Of a stretch of DNA of 64,000 nt, positions 1-11,305 are shown one piece after another. The notes under the pieces were generated by a model, which was not told the DNA's origin, did no database searches, and saw nothing but the letters and a program-made list of their open reading frames with translations. Each line of letters opens with the position of its first letter. Position 1 is the stretch's first letter. The translations under genes and the position numbers were made by a program. This stretch comes from Candidatus Bathyarchaeota archaeon. GTDB taxonomy: Archaea > Thermoproteota > Bathyarchaeia > Bathyarchaeales > DTEX01. Location: positions 222,034 through 286,033 of the forward strand of contig CAVQNT010000003.1 of the NCBI GenBank assembly GCA_963714275.1, in the 5' to 3' direction.

Positions 1-196
1 CGAGGTCGTTGGCTAAAACCTCGGCGACGACGGTTTTTCCTATTCCAGGCGACCCGTAAATGAAGAGGGCTCTTTTTTTAGGCGGTTTCCTGTCCCACTC
101 GTGAACCCATTTCAGAATCTTGTCTTTCGCTATTTGGTTTCCGACAACCTCAGCTAAGGTTTTTGGTTTGTACTTTATGGTCCACGGGACGAACAA
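1..196 (-). CDS. rfcL: Replication factor C large subunit, N-terminal part (runs off window)
   Basis: Manual translation from TTG at 196 gives MFVPWTIKYKPKTLAEVVGN and later ALFIYGSPGIGKT (Walker A); directly downstream of rfcS. Confidence 0.9.
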   Translation of the reverse strand, partial: MFVPWTIKYKPKTLAEVVGNQIAKDKILKWVHEWDRKPPKKRALFIYGSPGIGKTVVAEVLANDL

Positions 197-202
197 TTCT
201 TA

Positions 203-1170
203 TTATCCTCTTTTTATTTCGGCTCCTGCCTCAACCAGTTTTGCCAGCAACGCGCTAAGCTGGATTTCCTCGTTTGAGCCCTGCAGCAGGCGGAAGTCCG
301 CTTCGCCAATGACTTCGGCGAGCTTTACTTTCCACTTATCAGGGATGCTGAGCCTGAAGGTTTCGCTGTGAATTTGACCGATTATGTCGGTTCCAGCCAG
401 TCCATACTTTAGAAGCATGTCTCTGAGCTTTTTCGGGCTTCAACGAAATCTCCGCTCAACGCCGTTAACAGCATTTCCTGCACGTCCACCGGGTTTGCCC
501 TACCGACGACTGAGTAAACGGTTTCTTCGTCTATGGGTTTACCGATTGACGCTGCCGTCTGAAGAATGTTCGTGACTCTTCTCAGGTCTCCGCCGCTTAT
601 TTCCAGAATCGCTTCAAGCCCGTCATCCTTGATTGTTAAGCCTTCGTTATCGGTGATGCGTTTAATCCAGTTAACTGCGTGTTCCCGAGGCAAGTAGGTG
701 AACCTGAAAGGCGCACATCTTGACTGGATGGGTTCAATAATTTTTCCGCTGTAGTTCGCGATGAGGATGAACCGTGCGGTTTCCGTATATCGCTCCATAG
801 TTCGCCTTAAGGCTTGTTGAGCGTCACCGGTCATGTTGTCGGCTTCGTCGAGGATGAGAACCTTGAAGCTAACCTCACCGATGAACTTGGTCCTCGCAAA
901 GGTCTTCACGGTTTCCCGCACAACGTTTATGCCTCTTTCGTCGCTGGCGTTCAGTTCCATCACGTAATCACGGTAGCTCGGTCCGTAGAGGTCGCGGGCT
1001 AGGCACAGGGCAGCCGTGGTTTTTCCTGTTCCTGGCGGTCCAGCGAAGATGCAGTGGGGGACGTTTTGGGCTTTGACAAAGCTTTTGAGTCTGTTGACGA
1101 TTTGTTCTTGGTCTACTATGTCGATAAGCGAGTGAGGACGGTACTTTTCTGTCCACATTTCATAACTCAA
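203..1170 (-). CDS. rfcS: Replication factor C small subunit (frameshift near 426-432)
   Basis: WTEKYRP, GPPGTGKT, ELNASDERG, DEAD and SRC motifs; C-terminus continues in ORF 203..418. Confidence 0.95.
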
Positions 1171-1326
1171 CGTAGGGCACCTTGACCTTAAGAGTCAATA
1201 TTCGTTTTGAAATATGCCGTAGGACGCTATTAAGTCTTAGATTTTCTGGGTTGCGTTCTGTCCGTTCTTAAGTAATATTTATAACGTGGTTATAGTATTT
1301 TGTGTTTGAAGAGAGGAGGTTGCATC

Positions 1327-1869
1327 ATGAGCGAGTATGCAGTTATTTTGGTCGACATGTTGAACGATTTTGTTTCGGGAAGCCTGAAGTGCGACAGAGC
1401 CCAGCACATAATTCCCAATTTGAGGAGGCTGGTTGAAGCTGCACGGCGGAACGGCGTAGATGTGGTTTACAGTAACGACTCTCATTACCCTCAGGACCAC
1501 GAGGTTGTTGCACGGTGGGGCAGCCATGCGATTAAGGGCACGGAGGGAGCTGAGGTGATTTCGGAGCTGAAGCCGGAGGCGAAGGACTACGTTGTTGACA
1601 AGAGGACTTATAGCGGTTTCTACGAAACTGGTTTAGACCCTTTGTTGAGAAGTTTAGGCGTGAAAACCGTCGTTCTGACTGGTTTACATACGAACATGTG
1701 TGTTAGGCACACTGCTGCGGACGCCTTTTTCCGGGGCTACAAAATCATTGTAGCGATAGACGGCGTGGAAGCCTTCACTCAGGAAGATCAAGAAAGCGGG
1801 ATAAAGTATCTAGAATATGTCTACAATGCTGAGCTAAAGACAACAAATGAGATCATAAAAAAATTCTAA
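1327..1869 (+). CDS. Isochorismatase-family cysteine hydrolase (nicotinamidase-like)
   Basis: VDMLNDF, DSH, KRTYSGF and NMCVRHTA catalytic motifs. Confidence 0.9.
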   Translation: MSEYAVILVDMLNDFVSGSLKCDRAQHIIPNLRRLVEAARRNGVDVVYSNDSHYPQDHEVVARWGSHAIKGTEGAEVISELKPEAKDYVVDKRTYSGFYETGLDPLLRSLGVKTVVLTGLHTNMCVRHTAADAFFRGYKIIVAIDGVEAFTQEDQESGIKYLEYVYNAELKTTNEIIKKF

Positions 1870-2204
1870 AAAGTTTCGTTTGTCTTGTCGAAGCCATTCT
1901 TCTGAGTCTGTCAGCTTATTTAAGAAAAATATTTTTTTCATTTAGTGAGGATGCGGGTTCTACTGTCTGTTTTGTTCAACAACCGAATTTCAATTTTGAA
2001 CAACACACAGCATCGTTAAAGACCTGCTCTGTTGTGTGTGACAATAGGTTTTTCCGTTTGCATGACAATAGCCATCTATACAGAAAAATAAGGTCTGTTT
2101 TGTGGCGCAAAAGGCTGTTTTCCGTGAGGGTATAGGTATTTAAGGGTCGATTTCTTTCTCTATTCCAATTAAATCAGCAAAAACAGCGTTAACGTGGTTG
2201 GTCT

Positions 2205-2510
2205 TTGGGTAAAAAGAAGGTCATAAGCGAGGAGAACCTGAGCGATCTGATTCTCCCCGAAACAACGGACGTGTTTGGGATAGCCGCCAAGCTGCTGGGC
2301 AACGACCGCGTTTTTGTTAAATGCCAAGATGGTCTCGAAAGGGTTTGCCGAATCCGTGGGAAAATGAAGCGCCGCGTCTGGATAAGAATCAATGACATCG
2401 TTCTTGTCAGCCCGTGGGATTTCCAGTCCAAGCAACGTGGCGACATTATTTGGCGTTACACTAGGGGTCAGTCTGATTATCTGCGGAGAAGAGGTCTGCT
2501 TAAGATTTAA
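2205..2510 (+). CDS. eif1a: Translation initiation factor aIF-1A
   Basis: RVCRIRGKMKRRVWI, PWDFQ and GDIIWRY motifs; conserved position before RIO1. Confidence 0.95.
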   Translation: MGKKKVISEENLSDLILPETTDVFGIAAKLLGNDRVFVKCQDGLERVCRIRGKMKRRVWIRINDIVLVSPWDFQSKQRGDIIWRYTRGQSDYLRRRGLLKI

Positions 2511-2557
2511 CGGGCACTGCGTTAAGGGGGTTTTTTGAGGCGTCTATCAAAGTCAGA

Positions 2558-3342
2558 GTGAGGAAGAAGCTTGAACGCCAAGAAAAATCCTACGAAACCA
2601 CGCAGCTCATGAAAGAGAAAAGAAGCGAAGAATACGACGCTCTTGAGGAAGTTTTTGACCGTCCTACCTTGATGACGGTCTACGGACTCATGAACCGGGG
2701 TGAAATCCAAGAAATCCACGGAGCCGTTAAAGCTGGAAAAGAATCCAAGACTTTACTGGGGAACAAGATCAAACGGCGAAACGATCGCAATAAAAATTTT
2801 CTTAACCTTGTCCGCCGAGTTCCGTAAAGGCATGCTCATGTACATATCAGGCGATCCAAGATTCACGCATATCAAGAGGGACCCCCGAAGTATCATTTAC
2901 ACTTGGGCGAGGAAAGAGTACCGAAACCTGTCCGAGGCTTATGCGGCTAAGGTTCGGGTTCCCCAACCCTTTACTGTAGAGAACAACGTGCTTATAATGG
3001 AGTTCATCGGAAAAAGCGGGAAAAGTGCACCTCTGCTCAGAGAAACGGAGACTCCAGAATCCTCAGCGAACCTACGGTAAGCTGCTCAAGTACGTGGAAA
3101 GGCTCTACAAAAAGGCGAGACTCGTCCATGGGGACCTAAGCGAATACAATGTCATGATTTGGAAGGGTGAACCCGTAGTCTTCGACATGTCCCAAGCCGT
3201 CAACGTGAAACATCCGAACGCTCTTAAACTGCTGGAAAGAGACTTGGAGAACCTGAACCGATACTTTAATAGAATCGGCGTAGACGTAACTTCAACCGAA
3301 CGAACCTTTAGGAGGATCACTAGTGTCACAGCTGTTCGTTAA
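2558..3342 (+). CDS. rio1: RIO1 serine/threonine kinase (two frameshifts, near 2750 and 3051; start approximate)
   Basis: GKES, AIKIF, WARKEYRNL, LVHGDLSEYN and DMSQAV spread across three overlapping ORFs. Confidence 0.92.
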
Positions 3343-3907
3343 GATTCCGCGCGACAGAATCGGAGCCCTCATCGGACCCGAAGGTGAAGCCAAACAAAAC
3401 ATAGAAGACCAGCTTCAAGTTGAGCTCCAAATTGACAGCCAAACCGGAGATGTTACCATAAACCTCGACAAAGACGTTCAGGACCCGTCGTTGCTGTTTA
3501 AAGCCAAAGACTACGTGTTGGCTGTGGGACGAGGGTTTTCACCTGACCGCGCCTACAAGCTGCTCCAAGACGAGGAAAACATGCTTACAGTTATCGACTT
3601 AAGGGAAATTTTCGGAAGGTCAGACTCAGACATCCAACGTGTGAAAAGCAGAATCATCGGTAAGGAAGGCAAAACCCGAAAAGTCATTGAGGAACTTTCT
3701 GAAACCTCAATCTCAGTTTACGGGCACACGATCTCCATAATAGGCGGGGTGGAACAATCCGAAATCGCCCGCGAAGCCGTCAACATGTTCATTAAAGGAA
3801 GCCAACACGCCACAGTTTACAAGTACCTCCAAAGAAAAAAGCAGGACCTCAAAAAGAGACGCCTCGAACTTTGGGAAGACAGCACTCTTTTCCCAGCTGA
3901 AACTTGA
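3323..3907 (+). CDS. KH-domain pre-rRNA processing protein (Dim2/Pno1 family)
   Basis: Two KH-type loops (IGPEG, IIGKEGK) and GRGFS; conserved position after RIO1. Confidence 0.92.
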   Translation: MSQLFVKIPRDRIGALIGPEGEAKQNIEDQLQVELQIDSQTGDVTINLDKDVQDPSLLFKAKDYVLAVGRGFSPDRAYKLLQDEENMLTVIDLREIFGRSDSDIQRVKSRIIGKEGKTRKVIEELSETSISVYGHTISIIGGVEQSEIAREAVNMFIKGSQHATVYKYLQRKKQDLKKRRLELWEDSTLFPAET

Positions 3908-4008
3908 ACTGAGCTGTAGATTGCTTATATAGTAGCTTCCAAGTTAATTTAGCTGAACCGTTTAAAAAATAACTCACTTAAGCATCAAACCACAGGAGGT
4001 TTCCAGAA

Positions 4009-5821
4009 ATCTCAGAGACCTTCCAAGAAATTAGCCCCGCGGACTTTTTTTACCGCAACAGGGAAATCGCTGGCTTCACTAACCCAGCTCGGGCTATATT
4101 TGCCGCGATAAGGGAACTCGTCGAGAACTCTATGGATGCAACCGAAGCTGTAGGCATCCTTCCGGACGTCTACATTCGGCTGACGATGGATGGACAAAAC
4201 GGGACTAACGAAACATACACGCTCAGAGTTATGGACAACGGCTCAGGAATCCCCGCTCACCAGATGCCCCTTGCGCTTGGACAGTTTCTTTTCAGCTCGA
4301 AGTACAAGCTGAAGCAGGCTCGTGGAACCTTCGGGCTGGGCGGAACCATGACGATTCTTTACGGTCAGATAACGACGAACAAGCCTGTGATTGTCTTTTC
4401 AAGCACGGGAACCAGCCGAATCGTCGAATACAGGCTTATGATTGACATCGAGAGAAACCGCCCAATCATTCTTGACCGCAAGATTCACGTGAATCCCTCG
4501 AAAGATGGCGAAAGGTGGCATGGAACAATCGTTGAGCTTCACCTTGAAGGAAGCTATGCACAAGCCAGCGCAAAGGTCCTCGAGTACATCAAACAGACAG
4601 CCATAGTTAATCCCTACGCGAACATCACCTTCATCGACCCGAAGGGAAAATTCTACAAGTTTTATAGAACCATAACCGAGATTCCTCCGCCTCCAAGAGA
4701 AACCGACCCGCATCCGCACGGAGTAGACGTGGAAACCATACAGAGAATCATCAGGTCTACCAACACGCGGAACATGCACGACTTCATGCGGAAAAACTTC
4801 CACAGAGTCGGAGAAAAAACAGCCACAGAATTCCTCAAAGTAACCAACATCCCAGAAAAAACGAATCCAAAACGGCTGAGACCCGAAGAAATCGTGACGC
4901 TTGTCCAAAAAATGAAGGACTTCGAAGGCTTCCTGCCCCCGGACGCTGCGTGCCTGTCACCGCTTGGAGAAGAACTGCTCAGAGCAGGAGTCTTGAAGGA
5001 GCTTGAACCCGAGTTCGTGGCAGTTCGCCGAAGAAACCCAGCGACCTATTTAGGTCATCCGTTTATTGTCGAAATCGCTATCAGCTTACGGGGGAAAAGT
5101 TCCAGCAAAAGACGAGGTTCTGCTTTACAGATTCGCCAACAAGATTCCCTTGGTTTACGACGAGTCAGGCGACGTTTGCTGGAGAATAGTGAGGTCGGTG
5201 AACTGGAGAAGATACAACGTCGCACCGAACATGCCGGTCGCGGTGCTCATACACCTATGCAGCACAAAAATCCCGTACAAAACCGTAGGCAAAGAAATAA
5301 TATCAGACCAAGCTGAAGTCAGCAAAGAAATCCTCAACGCAATCAGAGAAGTAGCACGGGAACTCGCCCTCTACCTGTCCCGTAAAGAACGTGTCAGACG
5401 GCAGGTCAGAAGGCTAAACGTTTTCGCAAGGTACCTTCCAAAAATCGCCCAGTTCTCAGCAGGACTCAACGGAATCGAAAAGCCGCCTGAAACGGACAGG
5501 CTCTACAGAAGCCAGCAGGTCTTCAAGGACCTAACAACAAAAGACGAGTTCACGGACAGCGAACCGTTCGATTCAAGGCTTTACAGAACAGTACTTGTTC
5601 ACATAGCAAACAAGCATGAAGCCAACGCCGTGAACATCAAGGTGCTCGGGTTATCTGGTTCGCAGTGGACGGATCTAATCCCAGAATCCACGCTTACCTC
5701 AGGGTCTGAGCTCTACGAGACTCTTAAGGGCAACTTTAAGCAAGTTAAGGTTCAAGTAAAATCGTCAAAGCCTGGAAAGGAAGGCTTGATAGAGGCATAT
5801 GTTGATGGCGTAAGCGAATAA
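4009..5821 (+). CDS. top6B: DNA topoisomerase VI subunit B (frameshift near 5082; extra C-terminal domain)
   Basis: ISPADFFYRN, RELVENSMDA, DNGSGI and RGTFGLG GHKL motifs, PHPHG, RFANKIPL. The frame extends upstream of the called ORF to an ATC at 4009 behind GGAGG. Confidence 0.95.
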
Positions 5822-5850
5822 CAAAAATAGAATCAGAAGGTTGTTGAATC

Positions 5851-6942
5851 ATGTTAAAAGAAAATATCAAAAAATCCGTTGTTGAAAGGAAAGGCATCGT
5901 GCAGAAAAGCCTCGAAGTTCTTGGAGTTAAGTTCTGCAAAGAAATAGACCAAGGCGTTTTCCCTTGGGTTGAGATGAAAAGCCGCTCCACGGACAACATT
6001 TTCTATAGTCCCGATTACAGGCAGTACATTTTGGGCGACAAAACCGTCCGTAGAAGCGCGCGGGTCATCTCGCACCTTCGCCCGTTCACGCAGATGGTTT
6101 GGACAGCCTACTTCGTCCACGAGCTGCTGCAGCAGAAGAAAACCAGCACGCTTCGAGACGTTTACTACTCAGCTCAAGCCTACGACATGGCTTTCCAGGA
6201 CCAGTCGGAATCAGACAACATAATAACTGACCTGGAAACAACTGTTGAGTCCCCAAGAGAGTCCTTCAACGTTTTCCCAGAAGAAAGGTCAGCTGTGTTC
6301 GGGGACCTAACCATCCAATACACCGTTCCAGGATACGAGAACAGGAGAACCAACCTCGCCTCGCACCCGGACGGAATGATGATTGGACCCGCGCTTACCG
6401 AGTCGCAGTTTGTCGAAACCAGCGCTGACAAGGTTATCGTGATAGAGAAAGGCGCCATGTTCACCCGGTTCGTTGAAGAAAGAGTGTACGAAAAATTCAA
6501 CTCAATCCTCATCTACACAGCAGGCCAAGCCCCCCGGTCAACAAGGTACTTCATCCGCAGACTGAACCGAGAGCTCGGATTGCCCGTTTACATTTTCAGC
6601 GACGCCGACCCGTGGGGCATGCACATAGCCATGGTCATAATTTCAGGCTCAGCTAACGCAGCGCACCTGAGGGAGCTGACGACGCCTGATGCGAAGTGGG
6701 CGGGAGTCTGGGCGACGGACATAGTTAACTACAAGTTGCCCAGTCAGCAGCTGAACGAGATAGACGTGAAACGCCTGAAAGAGCTGAAGGACGACCCAAG
6801 ATACACAGGCGGGCTGTGGCAGAGAGAAATCGACGCCTTCGTCGAGATGAAGAAGAAGTGTGAGCTTGAAGCCTTCTCCCGCTACGGGCTGACGCACATC
6901 GTGGACAAGTACCTGCCTGAAAGGCTCAGTGAACTCGGTTAG
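5851..6942 (+). CDS. top6A: DNA topoisomerase VI subunit A
   Basis: STLRDVYY (catalytic Tyr region), IEK, DADPWG Toprim motif and ELEA. Confidence 0.96.
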   Translation: MLKENIKKSVVERKGIVQKSLEVLGVKFCKEIDQGVFPWVEMKSRSTDNIFYSPDYRQYILGDKTVRRSARVISHLRPFTQMVWTAYFVHELLQQKKTSTLRDVYYSAQAYDMAFQDQSESDNIITDLETTVESPRESFNVFPEERSAVFGDLTIQYTVPGYENRRTNLASHPDGMMIGPALTESQFVETSADKVIVIEKGAMFTRFVEERVYEKFNSILIYTAGQAPRSTRYFIRRLNRELGLPVYIFSDADPWGMHIAMVIISGSANAAHLRELTTPDAKWAGVWATDIVNYKLPSQQLNEIDVKRLKELKDDPRYTGGLWQREIDAFVEMKKKCELEAFSRYGLTHIVDKYLPERLSELG

Positions 6943-7011
6943 CAAAGCTTATAGACTGAAACCGCATCAAACCATTTACAACATTATTAGTACACGTGGA
7001 GGCTGGAACGC

Positions 7012-7212
7012 ATGAGCAAGTCAATACCAAAATTCGGAGTCGTTTTCGCCGAAAAAGTCCTCGGCATCCTGCTTTTCGCCATAGGCATAGTTTTGTCCTA
7101 CGAAACGTACGGAAATAAGGCGGTTGCTGGAACTTTGGGGTCCATCTTCCTCATAATAGGCATCATCATGGCAGCCTTCGGCATAATACTGATTCTAGCA
7201 AAAACCGAATAG
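7012..7212 (+). CDS. Small membrane protein (2 TM)
   Basis: Two hydrophobic helices; GGAGG upstream. Confidence 0.7.
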   Translation: MSKSIPKFGVVFAEKVLGILLFAIGIVLSYETYGNKAVAGTLGSIFLIIGIIMAAFGIILILAKTE

Positions 7213-7387
7213 TTAGCATCGAATTTTTCTGGATATAAGAATATTTATCTTCGCTAACTACTATTCATTTTACTGAATTTATCTATTTTCGTGGATCGGT
7301 CTTGGATCTCTTTTTCTTTTATCCCAAACGTAATTTCAACAGATTCAAGCGATCTTTGACAAGTTGAGTTTGTTTACCTTTTCAATA

Positions 7388-8402
7388 TTAGTCTCCCGGC
7401 CTGATTTCTTGGCGAAGAAACAGCATGTAGGATGAGGCGAAGCAGACGACTAAACAGACAGCTATCGCTGCTATTTGCGGCCAAGTTGCCATAAGTCCTT
7501 GAGCTGAAATCCAAAGCTCGGAATGGGGTACCGCCGCCTTGGCCTCCAATAAACCCGAATCCTCCGCCTCCTCTTGTGCCGAGAATCGCTGAGTCTGCTT
7601 CATTGTAGAGGTACGCTGGCGAGATCCTTTGAATATTAGTTTGGGTGGCGGACTGTGATTGCATACGCGCTAGATATTCTTGTGTTTGCGTTTGGTTGAA
7701 TCCTCCGGGTCTCGTTTGGTTAAATCCTCCGGGGTTGTTGGATCCTCCGCCTGGGTTGAATCCTGAAGGCAGTTGGATAGGTGCTAGTATGTTGGCTACG
7801 AGCATTGCGATGATTGTGATGACGATTGAGAAGAATAGCCATGTGGCGACAGACATGAGTATCGAAGTCGTTGTTTTCTTCGTCACGATTGAGTACACTA
7901 GGCCTAAGGCAAGCCAAAAAGACAAATAAAGTATTGTCAGCAGTGCAAACACTGTTATCCTTGAAATAGCTTCAAGGTCTGGACCAAACCCTAGAATGGG
8001 TATCGCCACACCTGACATAATGCCTATTGTGCTTCCTGTTAATAGTGAAAGAGCAGCTATTCCTGCAAGAAACTTGCCGTTGAGGACAGAGTCTCTGTAT
8101 ATTGGCTGAGAGAGAAGTACTGAGAGGCTGCCGCTTGTTTTCTCCTTGTTTATGGCGTCGAAGCCCAAGGATAACCCGATAATTGGTCCAAAGAAGACCA
8201 TCAGGGTTGTGAAAGGAAAGCCATTCGTAGCACCAGAAAAGATTGCTACGAAGCCTGCACTGGTGTTCTCTTTTATGTACTCAGCACCTTGGTATGCCGA
8301 TAAAGTCGATAAAACTATTATCAAAGTGAAGAACACCATGTAACGTTTACTTCCCAGATTGTCTACGAGTTCTTTTCTACAAACAGTTAACAAACCCGCC
8401 AT
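7388..8402 (-). CDS. ABC-2 type transporter permease (frameshift near 7505)
   Basis: GFDAINKEKTSGSL..LSQPIYR..GKF signature; last TM helix lies in ORF 7388..7603. Confidence 0.9.
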
Positions 8403-8404
8403 CT

Positions 8405-9343
8405 TTAATCCTCCTCCTTATAGTATTTGAGGAAAATTTCCTCCAAGTCATACTCCTTTTGCTTCATCATCAGAATTGTTGAAGCATGCTTCATGATTAT
8501 CTCTGAAACTTCTTTTGAATTGTTGCGTTCCATGTGTACATGAAGCTTATTACCTTCTTGTTCAACAAGGGTTACGCCATCAATGCTTTTAATATCCCGA
8601 ATTAGGTCGGGACTTATCTTTGTCAACTCGAATTCGATGGTAATCTGCTCTTTACCTGACAATTTGCCAGACAAGTTCTCTATTGTATCCGCGGCCACGA
8701 GTTTCCCTCCACGAATGATGCCTACCCTCTGACAGGTTTGCTGGACCTCATGCAACAAGTGCGAGGACAAGAATATAGTGAGATCTTGTTCCTTGTTCAG
8801 CCTGAACATGATATCCCTTACATCTTTTGTGCCTTGAGGGTCCAACCCGATTGTTGGTTCATCAAAGAAGGCGACTTTAGGCTTTCTTATCAGCACCTCA
8901 GCAATCCCTAATCGCTGCTTCATTCCCCGAGAAAACTTTTCTACCTTAGTGTCAACCCACTTTGTTAAGTCTACAACCTCAAGAAACTCCTTAATTCTCT
9001 TCTCTCTTTCAGGTTTCGGGATATCATTCAATTGAGCGATATATTCGAGGTTTTGTCTTGCGGTTAAGTCTCCATAATAGCCAGCGCCTTCCGGTAGTAT
9101 TCCAGCAACCGTTCTTACCTTTCTTGAATCTTTGACGATGTCGTAACCAGTGACTATAGCTGTTCCTGAAGTCGGCATTGAAAGCCCCATTAACATAAGA
9201 AGCGTCGTGGTTTTTCCAGCTCCGTTTGGGCCTAGAAAACCAAATATTTCTCCCTCGTAGACCATTAGATTCAGATGGTCAACTGCTTTGACGTTTCCGT
9301 AGTTTTTTACAAGTTCCTCGGTTTGTATCATAGGTTTGCTCAT
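8405..9343 (-). CDS. ABC transporter ATP-binding protein
   Basis: GPNGAGKTT, FSRGMKQR, FFDEPT and SSH motifs. Confidence 0.95.
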   Translation of the reverse strand: MSKPMIQTEELVKNYGNVKAVDHLNLMVYEGEIFGFLGPNGAGKTTTLLMLMGLSMPTSGTAIVTGYDIVKDSRKVRTVAGILPEGAGYYGDLTARQNLEYIAQLNDIPKPEREKRIKEFLEVVDLTKWVDTKVEKFSRGMKQRLGIAEVLIRKPKVAFFDEPTIGLDPQGTKDVRDIMFRLNKEQDLTIFLSSHLLHEVQQTCQRVGIIRGGKLVAADTIENLSGKLSGKEQITIEFELTKISPDLIRDIKSIDGVTLVEQEGNKLHVHMERNNSKEVSEIIMKHASTILMMKQKEYDLEEIFLKYYKEED

Positions 9344-9347
9344 TTTT

Positions 9348-10898
9348 TCACCTTCTCTTAAACTTCAAGAATACTAAGACAAGAGCGACTACGAATATGG
9401 CAGCCACGCCAATTCCATATAATCCCCACTCAGTCGAAGTCGTAACCGTAAACCTTACCTGAACTTGATCCGACTCAACCTGGTCGCTTAAGCCCGTCAA
9501 GGTAACCATGTAATCTCCTGTAACTGCGTCTCCAGGTGCCGTTATAACCACGCTGAACGTAGAAGACTCGCTTGATCCGAGAACGTCAACCTTTGTGGGG
9601 CTAATTGAGGAATCCCAGTCTGTTGGAACCTCGACGTTTAGACTGACACCTGTGACAGAGGATTGCCCTGTGTTCGTAACTGTTGCCGTGAACGACGTGG
9701 TTCCTCCGGCAGTTATACTTGTCAGAAGTGTTGAAGTCTCCAAGCCTAGAGCATAAGAGCCGACGATTGTAGCATTCAGGTTCATCTCCGCGTAGATATC
9801 ACCGTTTTCTGATTTGATTTGAACAGGTATTTGGTATGTGCTGATATTAGCTGCGCTTGGAGGAGTTGCCTCAATAACTAAATCCTCAGATTCCCCAGCT
9901 GCCATGTAAATCCTCGAAATTTCTAACGTTCCAGATTTGAAAACCACCGTCCAATCAGTAGGAGGCTCAACAGATAACAATAGAAGCTTATCCGTATCAC
10001 CTGAGTTTGTTATCGTGATTGGGTACTGCACGACTTTTCCCGCTTCAACCGTTACATCCGGAAATTTCGTGGTGACCCTGACCTCATCAACACCCTTTAC
10101 AGGTAACTGTTGAGATTCCGAGAATGCGTAGACAACGTTGCTGGGACCTAAATAACTAACCTCCACAGTCAAAGGTAGGATTTTTCCTTTCGTACCTGTA
10201 GGCACATCTATCTGTAAAGGCAAAGTAATATTATCTCCAGGCTTAAGGTCATCCAAAAACTTAGCATTATCTAATTTCGCTTCAAATTCCGCTGATGTAC
10301 TGCTTGAATAAACTTTTAGTATCTTAATGTTCTTTGCGACTGCATCACCATCGTTGGATAACAGCAGCGAAATCTGTTGTTTGCCTTCATACAAGTTTTC
10401 ATTTAATACATTCACGTCTATGTTAGGTTTCCCCGTAACTTCAAATGTTACCTCTAATTCGTCAAGACAAAAAAAAGATATTCTAGTGACATAGAATTCA
10501 ATGTTAAGGTCAGCTGTGTAATTGCCTTTTTCTAGATCACGAATTATGAATATTGGGAATTCCAGCTTTACTAAAGATCCTGTGGATATGGCTCCAGTAT
10601 AGTATGTAATGGCCTTGTCTCCGCCTCCTACAGCTTCAAAGCTGTTTGGGAGGGAAAGATTGGCTTCAATGTTTGAGATAGAATAAGTTGATTCGTACAT
10701 GAGGACAACAGTTAAGGTGGCAACGTCTCCTGGAGATACCTCTATCTGTTGGTTGGTTCCCCAATAAGCCTTGACAAATGTGAAATAGCCACTCACTACC
10801 AATTTGTCGGATTTAACAGGTGCAGTTAAAACAGGTACAGTGAAAATTGTTAATGTGATAAGAATCAAAATGGCACATGACAATCTAAATTTTTTCAT
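9348..10898 (-). CDS. Secreted multi-Ig-like surface protein (COG1361/COG1470, NEW3-like) with C-terminal TM anchor
   Basis: Signal peptide, repeated beta-sandwich motifs (ITNSG, VTNTG, P..W) and C-terminal TM followed by KFKRR. Confidence 0.8.
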   Translation of the reverse strand: MKKFRLSCAILILITLTIFTVPVLTAPVKSDKLVVSGYFTFVKAYWGTNQQIEVSPGDVATLTVVLMYESTYSISNIEANLSLPNSFEAVGGGDKAITYYTGAISTGSLVKLEFPIFIIRDLEKGNYTADLNIEFYVTRISFFCLDELEVTFEVTGKPNIDVNVLNENLYEGKQQISLLLSNDGDAVAKNIKILKVYSSSTSAEFEAKLDNAKFLDDLKPGDNITLPLQIDVPTGTKGKILPLTVEVSYLGPSNVVYAFSESQQLPVKGVDEVRVTTKFPDVTVEAGKVVQYPITITNSGDTDKLLLLSVEPPTDWTVVFKSGTLEISRIYMAAGESEDLVIEATPPSAANISTYQIPVQIKSENGDIYAEMNLNATIVGSYALGLETSTLLTSITAGGTTSFTATVTNTGQSSVTGVSLNVEVPTDWDSSISPTKVDVLGSSESSTFSVVITAPGDAVTGDYMVTLTGLSDQVESDQVQVRFTVTTSTEWGLYGIGVAAIFVVALVLVFLKFKRR

Positions 10899-10951
10899 TT
10901 AACAATTGTCTCCGTTTTTTCAAGGATCATTGATTCATGACTTAAAGTGTC

Positions 10952-10966
10952 TTTCAGAATTATGCC
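10952..10966 (-). promoter_or_regulatory. Operator-like motif copy A, directly upstream of BRE/TATA of the ABC operon
   Basis: GGCATAATTCTGAAA followed by TATA-like CTTTAAG (10941-10947, minus strand). Confidence 0.6.
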
Positions 10967-11282
10967 AAACTCTTCTAAGCGCTCTCGTCAATACACCCAT
11001 ACAGTTCATTTCTTCTGGATTTTTTTTACCCAGAAGAGGGTTTTATTTCGGATTCGGTACACTGGCTGCAACATTATTTACACTCCAATTGTCGCATTGT
11101 TCATCGTGATGGTCATAGCCAAAATATCCAGCTCATTCTCAATGTCTTCACTTTTGCAGCCTTCATTACCACATATAGTAAAAAAGGGACCACGATTGTC
11201 GTTGGTTTCTAGACTTAAGCTTTGTGCCATTTCATACACACCCTCTTCATGGGCTTATTCAAGAAGAAGAGAAAAAATAATA

Positions 11283-11305
11283 AAAGGATTTTTCAAAATT
11301 ATGCC
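11283..11305 (-). promoter_or_regulatory. Operator-like motif copy B with BRE/TATA
   Basis: GGCATAATTTTGAAAAATCCTTT, identical over 23 bp to copy C. Confidence 0.6.

Noticed and set aside
2000-2042. Imperfect ACACACAGCA / TGTTGTGTGT inverted repeat in an intergenic region
   Set aside because: Low complexity and imperfect, with no other ncRNA evidence.
7690-7765. PGGFNQT repeats in the ABC permease
   Set aside because: Short low-complexity loop within a coding region; not an independent repeat element.
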